Position numbers and translations under genes: made by a program | The notes under the pieces: model-generated | The model's database searches: none | What the model saw: the letters and a program-made list of their open reading frames with translations, nothing else | What the model was told of the DNA's origin: nothing | In this document: piece by piece, positions 1 through 10,840 of the stretch | Position numbering within the stretch: position 1 is the first letter of the stretch | How the letters are laid out: each line of letters starts with the position of its first letter | DNA from: Jimgerdemannia flammicorona | Taxonomy: Eukaryota | NCBI GenBank assembly: GCA_003990765.1 | Contig: RBNJ01000116.1 | Location: forward strand, 1-40,869 | Length of the DNA stretch: 40,869 nucleotides | Reading direction: 5' to 3'

Positions 1-846
<846 letters not shown>

Positions 847-2072
847 TGTAACATGCCTGGCTCAATGGAGGCAAATTACAAGGTTGGGGGTTGATGTAGT
901 TTGGCTTGAGCCCCCGGTTACTTTGTTAAAAGTAACAAAATGTTCTTGGTATTTAGTGATATAATAATTAAAGCTGGATATCTGCAAGCGGTTTCCTTAT
1001 TTGGATGGTTCTCTGGGTGTAGCGGCGATTTGTGTATGACGGGTGATTTGGTGTAGCATGACAGGTTCCTTATGCGGTGCGATCTGGCAATTTAGCGGTT
1101 TTCCTTCTCTTGGATGACGGCAATCTCCAAAAGTATGCAATTTCTGTGTGACAATCTCTTTGTGTAGTGCGACGATCTCCAAAAGTATGTGATTTCTGGG
1201 TAATGGTGCGATTTGGCGGATAACTTAATTTGGGTGCGGATTCTCTTAAATTGGCGGACTTCTTGAATGTCGCGGAATCTTCTATACCGGGCTCACTGGG
1301 AATAGAGGATGGCGCGGATTCTTCCTGAATCAGCAGCTTACTGGGAATAATACTGGCGGCGGATAACTCAATAACTCAGGCTCTCTGGGAACAAACTGAT
1401 AACTCAGATGGCGCAGATTCTTGGCAAGTTACATCAAAGACTGGCTTCATTTGCATGGGGTTGCATCATAGACTGGCTCCACTGTGAAGTTACATCAGAT
1501 AGACTGGCTTGTGGCAAGGTTCCTTAAAGGCTCCCTGGGAATGCAGGTAACTTCTTCAGGCTTATCTGGCAAGTGAACCAAGGCTTTGTATCAGAAAGTA
1601 GACTGGAGTGGAAAAGGAATACTTTGCTCACAATCTCCTAGCAGTGGCTGTAGAGTTCCTCTCAAAGTGTAGTAGACAGACTTGTCTTTTGCTTTGGATT
1701 CAATTTCGGACTGAGGTTTATTCACTCTTGTCTCTGGGGTATTTTATACAGTTGTGGTTGCTATCTGGTTGCTATGTGGCTAACTATAGATTTGCTATCT
1801 ATAGCAAGTGTGCTGGTTCAGCACAGGTGTGCAAGTCTAGCATAGGTGTGCAACTCTAGCATAGGTATGCAACTCTAGCAAGGTGTGTAACTCTAGCACA
1901 GGTGTACAAGTCCTGCACAGATGTATCTTATAGTAGTCTGGCTATTTATACAGTTTTCTATAGCAATGGTTGCCGTGTCTGATTACTATGCTATGTATTT
2001 CATGTCATCTGGCTAATTGTTCATATCATCTGGCTAAGTTATAATTCAGGTGGTACATTTTGATTTGTCACA
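847..2072 (-). repeat. 3' LTR (1226 bp)
   Basis: Termini TGTAACA...TGTCACA; direct repeat of 9641-10806. Confidence 0.95.
1823..1920. repeat. ~20-bp tandem array in the LTR, (CAGGTGTGCAACTCTAGCA)n x~5; equivalent array at ~10553-10650
   Basis: Units directly visible in both LTRs. Confidence 0.9.
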
Positions 2073-2090
2073 TCAGCCCCTACTAAAGGA
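2073..2090 (-). promoter_or_regulatory. Polypurine tract (plus-strand priming site)
   Basis: Minus strand AGTAGGGGCTGA immediately 5' of the 3' LTR. Confidence 0.7.
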
Positions 2091-2619
2091 TGGTCTATCC
2101 TCAGATTGTCCTTTAGTCATCATCTCAGTGTGGGTAAGCATCTTCTGCATCAATATCTGTTCCATCATCTTCATTATCTGTACCATAATTGCTCCATTCC
2201 AAGGGTTCTTCTTCTCCTTCTGGGAACAGGATTTCGACAGCATTGATGATGCTCAGGTATGTAGGTAGCCAGGTTCATTCTTCATATATCACACCAGGGA
2301 AATTGTGCTTGTAACAAGGCTGTAGGGTTATATTTATAAAGGGTGTAGAGCCTGTCTGCAGCAGTGATATCTCTTCTTGACAATCCCATGGTATTTCTGA
2401 TATATGTTTGTTCTGGGGCTGAGAGGTTCTGCAATTGTTCTCCAATTGTATAGTGGGCCTGAAGTTGATGGATCTGTAACAATTATCTGGTCAGGACAAG
2501 ATTCTCTTGATGAATCTGAATTCTCTAGAGAGTAGTCCCATTGATTTCTCAGAATTGGGTCAAAGGAACTGGCAGTAATTGAAATGAGCTAATGATAAGA
2601 GTCTGAAGGCAGTTATCAA

Positions 2620-3700
2620 CTCTCTGATTCATGATATGGAGAAAGGTATATCTTGAGGTGATTGATGTATACTGGTGTCTTCAGGGTTCATCCATCCATG
2701 CTTCTTAAATAGATGCTGGTTTCTCTGCTATTGTACACAAGATAAGGTTCTTCTCATTTAGGCTCCAATTTGGTGGCAAAGTTTGTTTCAATCATACTTC
2801 TCCAAACTAGTACTTGATCTCCAATCTTGATCTTCTGGTCCTTCTGTTTCTGGTCATAGTACTTCTTTTGTCTTTCTTGGGCTTTGGTAATTTGAACTTA
2901 GGTCTAATTATATAACTGTTCTGCCTTTTTGGAGAAATCTCTGAGGTTCTCATGATCAGCAGTTCTGGTCTTCTTGGCAAAAATCATTTCAAATGGCTTT
3001 TGTTTGGTAGAGGCAGAAGGGGTGTTCTGAATTTCCCATAGGATCTCAGATAAGCAAAGATCTCAGTTGGTAGGATTGACTCAGGCATGTTCTTTGTTGA
3101 TGGTCTAGTTCATTCTTTCTGTCATGCCATTGGTCTGAGGGTAGTATGATGTAGTTAATTTGAGGTGGATCTTGTGAATTTGAGCATAACTTGTGATTAT
3201 GGTATTGATGAATTCTGTACCTTGGTCAGAGATAAGTTCTTCTGAGAGTCTATATCTGAGTGTGAGTCTATAGAGAAGGCCTACAATGGTTAAGACATCT
3301 GCAATTTCTATTGGAAAAGCCTCAGGCCACTTGGTCAGATATTCCACAAATATAATAATATACTTATTTCTTCTTGATGTAACTGGTAGGGGTCCAATTA
3401 CATCTACTCCCCATCTCTGAAAGATGTTGTCTGGTGGTGCAATTGGTTACAGTAGTGTTTGGTAATTCTTCCTTCCTTGGTACTTCTGGCAGGTGTTGTA
3501 TTTCTTGAGTATGTTTCTGACTTGTATCCTGAGATTGAGCCAATGTTGATATGTTGTTTACAACTTTTCCTCTATGTTTGCTTGTCCTTGGTGGGCTTTC
3601 TGGTGTTCTTTTTGAATGAGTTCTTCTTGTACCTTGATAGTCTGAGGAGTTTTCTTTAGGGTGTAGTTCCTTAGAACACCCTTCTTCTGATTCATTGAGG
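2620..3700 (-). pseudogene. Gypsy integrase (rve core plus GPY/F module; no chromodomain seen)
   Basis: EYLTKWPEAFPI, ELISDQGTEF, TTSYYPQTNGMTERMN (3105-3347); K*EEPYLV (from KWEGPY) and TLKTPVYINHLKIY at ~2645-2760. Confidence 0.93.
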
Positions 3701-3819
3701 CTGGCAGGAAAGTACATCAATATTGTTGTGAGCTTTCCCTGCTTTGTAGATGATGGTGATTTTGTAATCCTGAAGAATAAGGATCCAATAGACCAGGATT
3801 CTAGTGGGTTTCTTATAGT

Positions 3820-4100
3820 TGAATAGTCATTTGAGGGCTGCATAGTCTGTGATTAGAGTGAATCTTTTTCTGATGAGATAATGCTTAAACAGAGTGACCA
3901 CCCATATGACTGCAAGGAATTTCAGTTTAGTGCTACCATAGTTCATCTGCTGCTGATTGGTGGCTTGACTTATATAAGCTATTACATAGTATTGTTGGTC
4001 AGGTCCTTCTTAGGCTAGAACTGCTCCTAGGCCATCTTTGGAAGCATCTGTATACAAGATGAATGACTTCTATAAATTGGGGCACACAAGGATTGGAGCT
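3820..4100 (-). pseudogene. Gypsy RNase H
   Basis: FILYTDASKDGLGAVLA; NYGSTKLKFLAVIWVV..FKHYL..RFTLITDY. Confidence 0.92.
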
Positions 4101-4149
4101 GAGGTCATGTAGTTCTTGAGTTCTTTGAAGGCTTTCTCTTATAATTATG

Positions 4150-5050
4150 TCCATTTATAAGGTACTCCTTTCTTGAGAAGGACTTGGATTAGGGTAGTGA
4201 TTTAGGCAAAGTCCTTGATAAATCTTCTGTAGTAGGATACCAGCATTAGGAATGATAGTGTTTCCTTTGGGGTCTTGAGTACTGGCCAGCTGTTGATCTT
4301 CTCAGTTTTCTTTGAGTCTACATGAGTTCCTTCTTTCGAAACTGTGAATCTAAGAAATTTAAGTTTCTGTTTCCCAAAATAGTATTTCTTAGTATTGAGT
4401 CTCAGGTAGTTCTTATGGGTGAGCTTGAAGAATTCCTCCAGATAGTGTAGGTGTTCTTCAAATTTGCTAAACAGATATTGGAATCATCTATATATACAAT
4501 TAGGCAGTAGTGGATCAAGAGGACATAGACTGAATTTATCATTCTCTAAAAGGTGGGGGGTATATTGCAAAGTCCAAAGGGTATTCAGAGGTATTCAAAC
4601 AGTTTTTCTAGGATAAAGAAGACTGTATTTTGAATGTCTTTTGGGTCTCAGGGGATCTTGTGGAATTCTGTGAAAAGGTCTATACTGCTGAAGTATCTGG
4701 TATCTTATAACTGATCCAAAAGGTCATTGATTCTTGACAAAGGATAGGTATCTTTTTCAGTAACTAAATCGAGTTTCCTGTAATCTACACAGAGTCTCCA
4801 TCCTCCTTTCTTTGGTATAATGAGTATAGGACTGGCCCAGGGGCTGGTAGAGGGTCAGATAACTCCATTGTCTAAGAGTTCTAGAATGTGCTCCTTTTTC
4901 AATGTTTTTAAGTGATGGGGTATTCTATAGGATTTCTGCTAGATGGGTGTTATATTTCCTGTATTTATGCTGTAGTGATATGATGGGTTATATGGTAGAT
5001 TGCCATAATTGGTAGTGAAGATATCTTGATATTTATTGAGGAGTTCTACT
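4150..5050 (-). pseudogene. Gypsy reverse transcriptase
   Basis: [45 protein letters not shown] at ~4484-4500. Confidence 0.95.
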
Positions 5051-5520
5051 AGTTATTGCCATTGTTGGGGTGTCAATTCTTCTCCAATGTTGGTGGAAGG
5101 CTTCTCTGTCTCCTGGATCACAGAGGGGTCTTTCCTTTCTTTTAGAACCTTTTGCCATTTCCCAAGAAGTTTAGTTCATAAACTTTTCTATAAGTTCAGT
5201 TGAGAAAAGGCACCAGATGTCCTATGATGGTTCCTTTTGACAAGATGATGGTTTCCCAACTTTGGTTGATTGCTTGGAAATGTGCTGGATTCTTCTTGTC
5301 AGAGAATATATATCCTTCTATGTCCAGGTGTGGGATATCTTCATTGGGTTCAAAGAAAATGTTTCTGGAGTCGGGAGGTGTAAAGATTTCGAAGGTAGTT
5401 TGTTCTCCAGGCTCCAGGATGAGATTCTTGTGCAGTTTAACTAGTTAGCAGTACACTTGCTGGAGAACATTCTTCTTGAGATAGTTGACTTGAAGGAGAT
5501 ATATGTACTTTCTTCTTATC

Positions 5521-5930
5521 TGAGCTTCCAAATTCTTTGGCTTGTCTTATTCCTTTGGTCAGTTCAGAGACTTCTTGTAGTTGTGGGGTTTTGACCTTCA
5601 TGAAGACTGCTTGGGCAATCTTCTGTCCTCTAATAATTCAGTGTTATTCTGTACTGCTGTTGTGTAAGATGACCTTGATTTCACCTGTATATCCTGGGTT
5701 AATGGTTCCTCCTTCTATGGTTATTCCTTGTCTAGCAAGTCCAGATCTTGAGGTCAGTTGGATGTAAGCTCCTTGGGGTAGCTGCATGGCTAGTCCAGTC
5801 TGATCATGAAAATTTTTCTAGACTTGATGAATTTATCCTCCAGAACATGAAGATCATATCTTATATCTTCTGAGTGAGCTTTGGTTAGAGGTTTGGCCTT
5901 GGGATACAGCAGGGCATATTGGGCAACATT
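5521..5930 (-). pseudogene. dut: dUTPase domain (trimeric type) within pol
   Basis: All five motifs are recognisable: EDIRYDL (AGYDL), TGLAMQLPQGAY..SRSGLA, GGTINPGYTGEIKVILHN, GQKIAQ, RQAKEFGSS (RGxxGFGS). One frameshift near 5800. Confidence 0.95.
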
Positions 5931-7219
5931 CTTGCTAAGTTTGGACTGTCCTTGGGCTGAGGCTCTACTAGCAGAGAGCCTCCAAGCTCTGAGGTTGAGG
6001 TGTGACCATCTGGCTCCAGTGGAGGGGTCTCAGAGATAGTTGATTCCTCTTCTTTCTGTAGGGTCTAGGGCTTCCATAAAGTTGGTGGCATCCTCTATCC
6101 ATCCTTGGCAGGTTACATGTCTGATGAGGGCTAGGATATCTTCTCCTAAATCATAAATCTTAAGGATCCTTCTTCCTGGCTTCTTGGTCTGGCTTTTTCA
6201 AATCTGGCCTCTGTTATCTACTCTTTTCAAGGTGTGGATTGCAATATCATGACTGAGATAAATCTTCTGATATCTGTAGTCTCAGCAGTCTGGGTGTCTT
6301 CTATAGTTGCAATATTCCATTGCTCAAAAATGATGTTCCCAGTTATTGATTTCTTGTTGTCTTGGGAATTGGTATCCATATTGGTCATAAGTTGGGAGAA
6401 GAGTAGACAAGGGGTATACTTCTGTTCAGGTGAAGAGACTTTATCCTCTGAATCAATTTTGCAACTTGGTGGTAACTTCTTGGAAGGTAGTTGACTGTGC
6501 AACTATATTCAGAGATTCTGGTCTCTGGGGTCTCTGTCTCTCCTATTGGTCTAGTAGATAGCACTGGTAGCAGTAGTCTTAGGAAGAGTGGAAGACTATT
6601 TGGTATGAACATCTTCTTAGCCAAAATGTCCTCTCTTGGTGAGTTTATTTCTTGGGAATAATGGGGATTGTGCTGGGTCTTTCTTCTATATTCTAAGGAT
6701 CATTGTCTTCAGGTGGTGTCCAGTGAGGGTCATCCCAGGGAATGAGTTCAGAGACCTCTTCTTCTTTAGGTACTTCTTGTTTAGGAACTTCTTGGTCAAG
6801 AGCTTCTTCTTCCACAGATGATTCTTGTCTCCAGATTGCTTATACTTCTGTGGCTTCAGTTATAGGTGTTTCTGGAATATGTCTGCATTTCTTCTTCTTC
6901 TTTCTGTACTCTGGGCAGGCTGTGCTAGGCAAATTCCTTGTTCCAATAATCTTGAAGGAGTGCTCAGGGCACTTGTATCTCTTGAGACAGATAGGGCATT
7001 CTTTGATTTCTCCTACAATGGCTCCAATAGTAATGGGTATGGTATTATTGGCCCATACATTGTCTTCTGGCCTGTCATCCACTGGGTTGATCCAGAGATT
7101 GAGTCTGGGATCATTTCCATCTTCAGATTCTTCTTTCTCTTCTGTAGTAGATTCTTCACTGCTGGTGTATTCTTTCCAAATAGTGATCTTCTTCTTCTTC
7201 TTTGATTGCTCATAGCTGG

Positions 7220-7580
7220 TCACCTTAACTCTATACTTCTTGTCTCAGTAGTTAAACTTGAGTATTTGTTGACTGATATCAACAACTGCATTCATTTCCT
7301 TCATCCAGTTGGTGCTAAGAATTATATCATAGGTGACAGCTTTAGTGACAATAGCTTTTGATATGGAGAACTGAATGTATCCCAGGGAGATAGTGATGTT
7401 TCATACTTCTCCAAGGGGTTGAGTTCGGGCTCCATCTGCTACTATGATGCTGAGGTTAGATAGTCTATCAATGGGCCATTGGAGGGTATCCAGGAACCAT
7501 TTGACAATGATACAGATAGCTACTCCTGTATCTATGAGGATTTTCACCTTTTGTCCTCCAATATCTCTATATAGGTAATT
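7220..7580 (-). pseudogene. Aspartic protease
   Basis: VKILIDTGVAICII; ADGARTQPLGE; YDIILSTNWM (DIILGxDW). Confidence 0.92.
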
Positions 7581-7949
7581 GCTGATATGTCTTTCTGCAG
7601 CTTAGATAGGAATGGGAGCTGGCTCTTGTTGTGGAATTGGAACTTGACTAGTGCTAGACCTAGTGGTTCTTAGCAATTTATTTCAGACTCCAGCTGGTAT
7701 CAGTTGCAGGAACCGCAGTAGAGGGACTTCTATTTTGGCCTCTTGAATCTTCTACCAGGCTTCATTATAGATGTCTCTAAGTATGGTCTTCAGGATGTAC
7801 TTCTTCTTGAGCTTTGAGACAGCAGGCTTCTGTTCTTTTTGTTCCATTTCTTTATCTTCTAGTGGCAGCTCATTTGTCTCAGGAATAAAAGGTGAGAGAG
7901 TTCAGGGAGATATTTCTACTTGCTCCTCTTCATGCTCTTCATCTTCTTC

Positions 7950-9253
7950 CTGAATAATTCTTCTGCTGATATTCCTGGATGGCCTTCCTATGGGTCTCTT
8001 CCTCTTCTCTACTAGATAGACTATTTTTCAGGTGATGACCTTGGTAGAGTACAAGTCCAGATCACTGTAGTCTTTACTATTGCTTGCTTCCTTGAAATCT
8101 TTAACAGGATGAGCTTCAGTCTTCTTGTACTGAGTGTCATTTCTTCATTTTGATGGTTCTGAGTCCCTTCAGTCACTCCTTTTATTATCACATTCAGTAG
8201 CATAGTGTCTAAATTGTCCACAGTGGAAGCATTGGACTTGGGCTCTGTCTTAGACAGGGTACCTTCTTTCTTCTTGCTGATAACTCCTGTTATCTCTAGA
8301 TAACCTTGGTTTCTTTATATCAGGTACCCTCTGTTATCTTGATAACTCTGATTTTTACATATGGTGAGTTTTTCAATCTATCTAACCAATTGGTCCAATT
8401 TGGAGCTGAGGTCTTGGATTTCACTCCTGTCCTTCTTTTCTTCTTTGGCTGGCCTTCTTTCTTCAGATCTTTCTTGTCCTTGAAGGAGTCCTTATAGGGC
8501 TTTGATCAGAATGTCTTCTTTATCTTCTTTCTTATCATGATCACTCCAGGTAGTTTCTTGTCTGATATCAAAGAATCCTTGGGCTATATCTACTTGCTCT
8601 TCAGACCTTCTAATACCTAGGGTGTGGACATACTGGGCAATGTTTGGGGGAATCTCATTCATGAAGATCATTGGACCTATGATGTCCTGGTTGATAGTAT
8701 TGAACCTGGTGGCATACATTCTCTTCTGGATTCTTGTGAAGAAGGCTCTGGATGATTCTCTAAGATTTGTCTTTATCTCTATGGTAGATTCTTGAGCCTT
8801 GTGGTAGGTTTCATTTCCTGTATATTTTTTGATGATCCAGTAAACCATGGCTATATATTCTAGCTCATAAGATGCCACTACTTATATCTGTCTCACCAGT
8901 TCTAAATGTGGGTTATTTGCTGTTCAGTGGAAAATTCCTCTGACTAGTTCTCTGAGCTGGGTCTTATAGATAGTGATTTTTCTTTTATCTGGGAGATTTC
9001 TCAGAGATGTAATTTCTTCAATTCCATCAAGGAATTCTCTGGGGTCTTCCTCCAGGTATCCTGCAAAGGTTGGCAATGAGGTGGCCATTTTGTCATCACT
9101 TTCTTCTAATTCTGGTTCTGGTCCGGATTCTGATTCTAATTTGCTTTCTGAACTATCACTGATAATGAGGGTGCTTGGGTATCTTGAGGATGATATTCTG
9201 GACCTTAGATGAAGTGAAATGAGCCTAGGTATTCTTATAAGAGCTATTTCCAA
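7950..9253 (-). pseudogene. Gypsy gag with CCHC zinc knuckle
   Basis: LPTFAGYLEEDPREFL capsid-like start; knuckle CFHCGQFRHYATEC at ~8191-8232. Confidence 0.85.
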
Positions 9254-9620
9254 TTCTGCAAGGGCTAGTGGTAAAGGTTCAATGGGTGAAATTGGTGGGA
9301 CTGATATGGGGTGTCTGGCTGTAAGATCTCAGGCTTGTGTAATAAGATCTTTTAGTTCTTGTGTAAGTTCTTCAAAATCTCCAACAGGGCCACCTGTGTT
9401 GTCTGGTTGATCTGGTTGAGAATTTCAGACTGTACTGGTTTCTGATTGGGATTCTTCTGATGCTGGGTAATTGGTAAGTCTTGAGGTGATTACTTCTCTT
9501 CCTGTCCAAATGCTGGTGATAACTAGTTCTTCTGTAGTGGTAGAGATTGGTGTTGTATCAAATGTATCCAGTTTGACTGTGGGTTCTTGTGAGCTAAAAA
9601 GTCATATCAATTTTGAAAAA

Positions 9621-9638
9621 TTTCTAGTTGAGCCCCCA
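9621..9638 (-). promoter_or_regulatory. Primer binding site, tRNA-Pro-like
   Basis: Minus strand TGGGGGCTCAACTAGAAA, 2 nt from the 5' LTR. It resembles the tRNA-Pro PBS TGGGGGCTCGTCCGGGAT, differing mostly by transitions. Confidence 0.65.
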
Positions 9639-9640
9639 AA

Positions 9641-10806
9641 TGTAACATGTCTGGCTCAATGGAGGCAAATTACAAGGTTGGGGGTTGATGTAGTTTGGCT
9701 TGAGCCCCCAGTTACTTTGTTAAAAGCAATAAAATGTAATTGGTGTTTAGTGATATAATAATTTAAGCTGGATATCTGCAAGTGGTTTTCTTATTTGGAT
9801 GGTTCTCTGGGTGTAGCAGCGATTTGTATATGACAGGCGATTTGGTGTAGCACGACAGGTTCCTTATGTGGTGCGATCTGGCAATTTAGCGGTTTTCCTT
9901 CTTGGATGACGGCGATCTCCAAAAGTATGCGATTTCTGAGTGATGGTGCGATTTGGCAGATAACTCGATTTGGGTGCGGATTCTCTTAAATTGGCGGACT
10001 TCTTGAATGTTACCGATTCTTCTATACCGGGCTCACTGGGAATAGAGGATGGCATGGATTCTTCCTGAATTGGCGGCTTACTGGGAATAATACTGGCAGC
10101 AGATAACTCAATTACTTGGGCTCTCTGGGAACAAACTAATAACTCGGATGGCGCAGATTCTTGGCAAGTTATGTCAAAGACTGGCTTCATTTGCACAGGG
10201 TTGCATCATAGACTGGCTTCACTGCGAAGTTGTGTCAGATAGACTGGCTTGTGGCAAGGTTCCTTAAAGGCTCCCTGGGAATGCAGGTAACTTCTTCAGG
10301 CTTATCTGGCAAGTGAACCAAGGCTTTGTATGACTGGAGTGGAAAAGGAATGTTTTGCTCACAATCTCCTAGCAGTGGCTGTAGAGTTCCTCTCAAAGTG
10401 TGGTAAGCAGACTTGTCTTTTGCTTTGGATTCAATTTCAGACTGAGGTTTATTCACTCTTGTCTCTGGGGTATTTTATACAGTTGTGGTTGCTATCTGGT
10501 TGCTATGTGGCTAACTATAGATTTGCTATCTATGGTAAGTATGCTGGTTTGGTACAGGTGTATAAGTCTAGCATAGGTGTACAACTCTAGTACAGGTGTG
10601 CAACTCTAGCACAGGTGTGCAACTCTAGCACAGGTGTGCAAGTCCTGCATAGATGTATCTTATCTGGTAGTCTGGCTATTTATATGGTTTTCTACAGCAA
10701 TGATTACTGTGTCTGATTACTATACTATGTATTTTATATCATCTGGCTAATTGTTCATATCATCTGGCTAAGTTATAATTTGGGTAGTATGTTTTGATTT
10801 ATCATA
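9641..10806 (-). repeat. 5' LTR (1166 bp)
   Basis: TGTAACA...TATCATA (mutated TGTCACA). Differs from the other LTR by transitions and by indels of 52, 9, 2, 2 and 1 nt. Confidence 0.95.
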
Positions 10807-10840
10807 CTATACATATCTACTTAATATAAGTATATAGTAT

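Larger units (their letters stand above)
847..10806 (-). mobile_element. Full-length Ty3/Gypsy LTR retrotransposon with dUTPase (inactivated by stops and frameshifts)
   Basis: Two LTRs, 847-2072 and 9641-10806. TSD CTAT at 843-846 and 10807-10810. PBS and PPT present. Domain order gag-PR-dUTPase-RT-RH-IN. Confidence 0.97.

Noticed and set aside
1608-1859. Hydrophobic 83-86 aa ORF repeated at 10330-10590
   Set aside because: It lies in the LTRs antisense to the element, and its repetition is explained by LTR duplication; no motif recognised.
9621-9660. Tf1-type self-priming instead of tRNA priming
   Set aside because: Only a 7-nt GGCTCAA/TTGAGCC hairpin near the LTR end; the TGG-starting tRNA-Pro-like match explains the site better.
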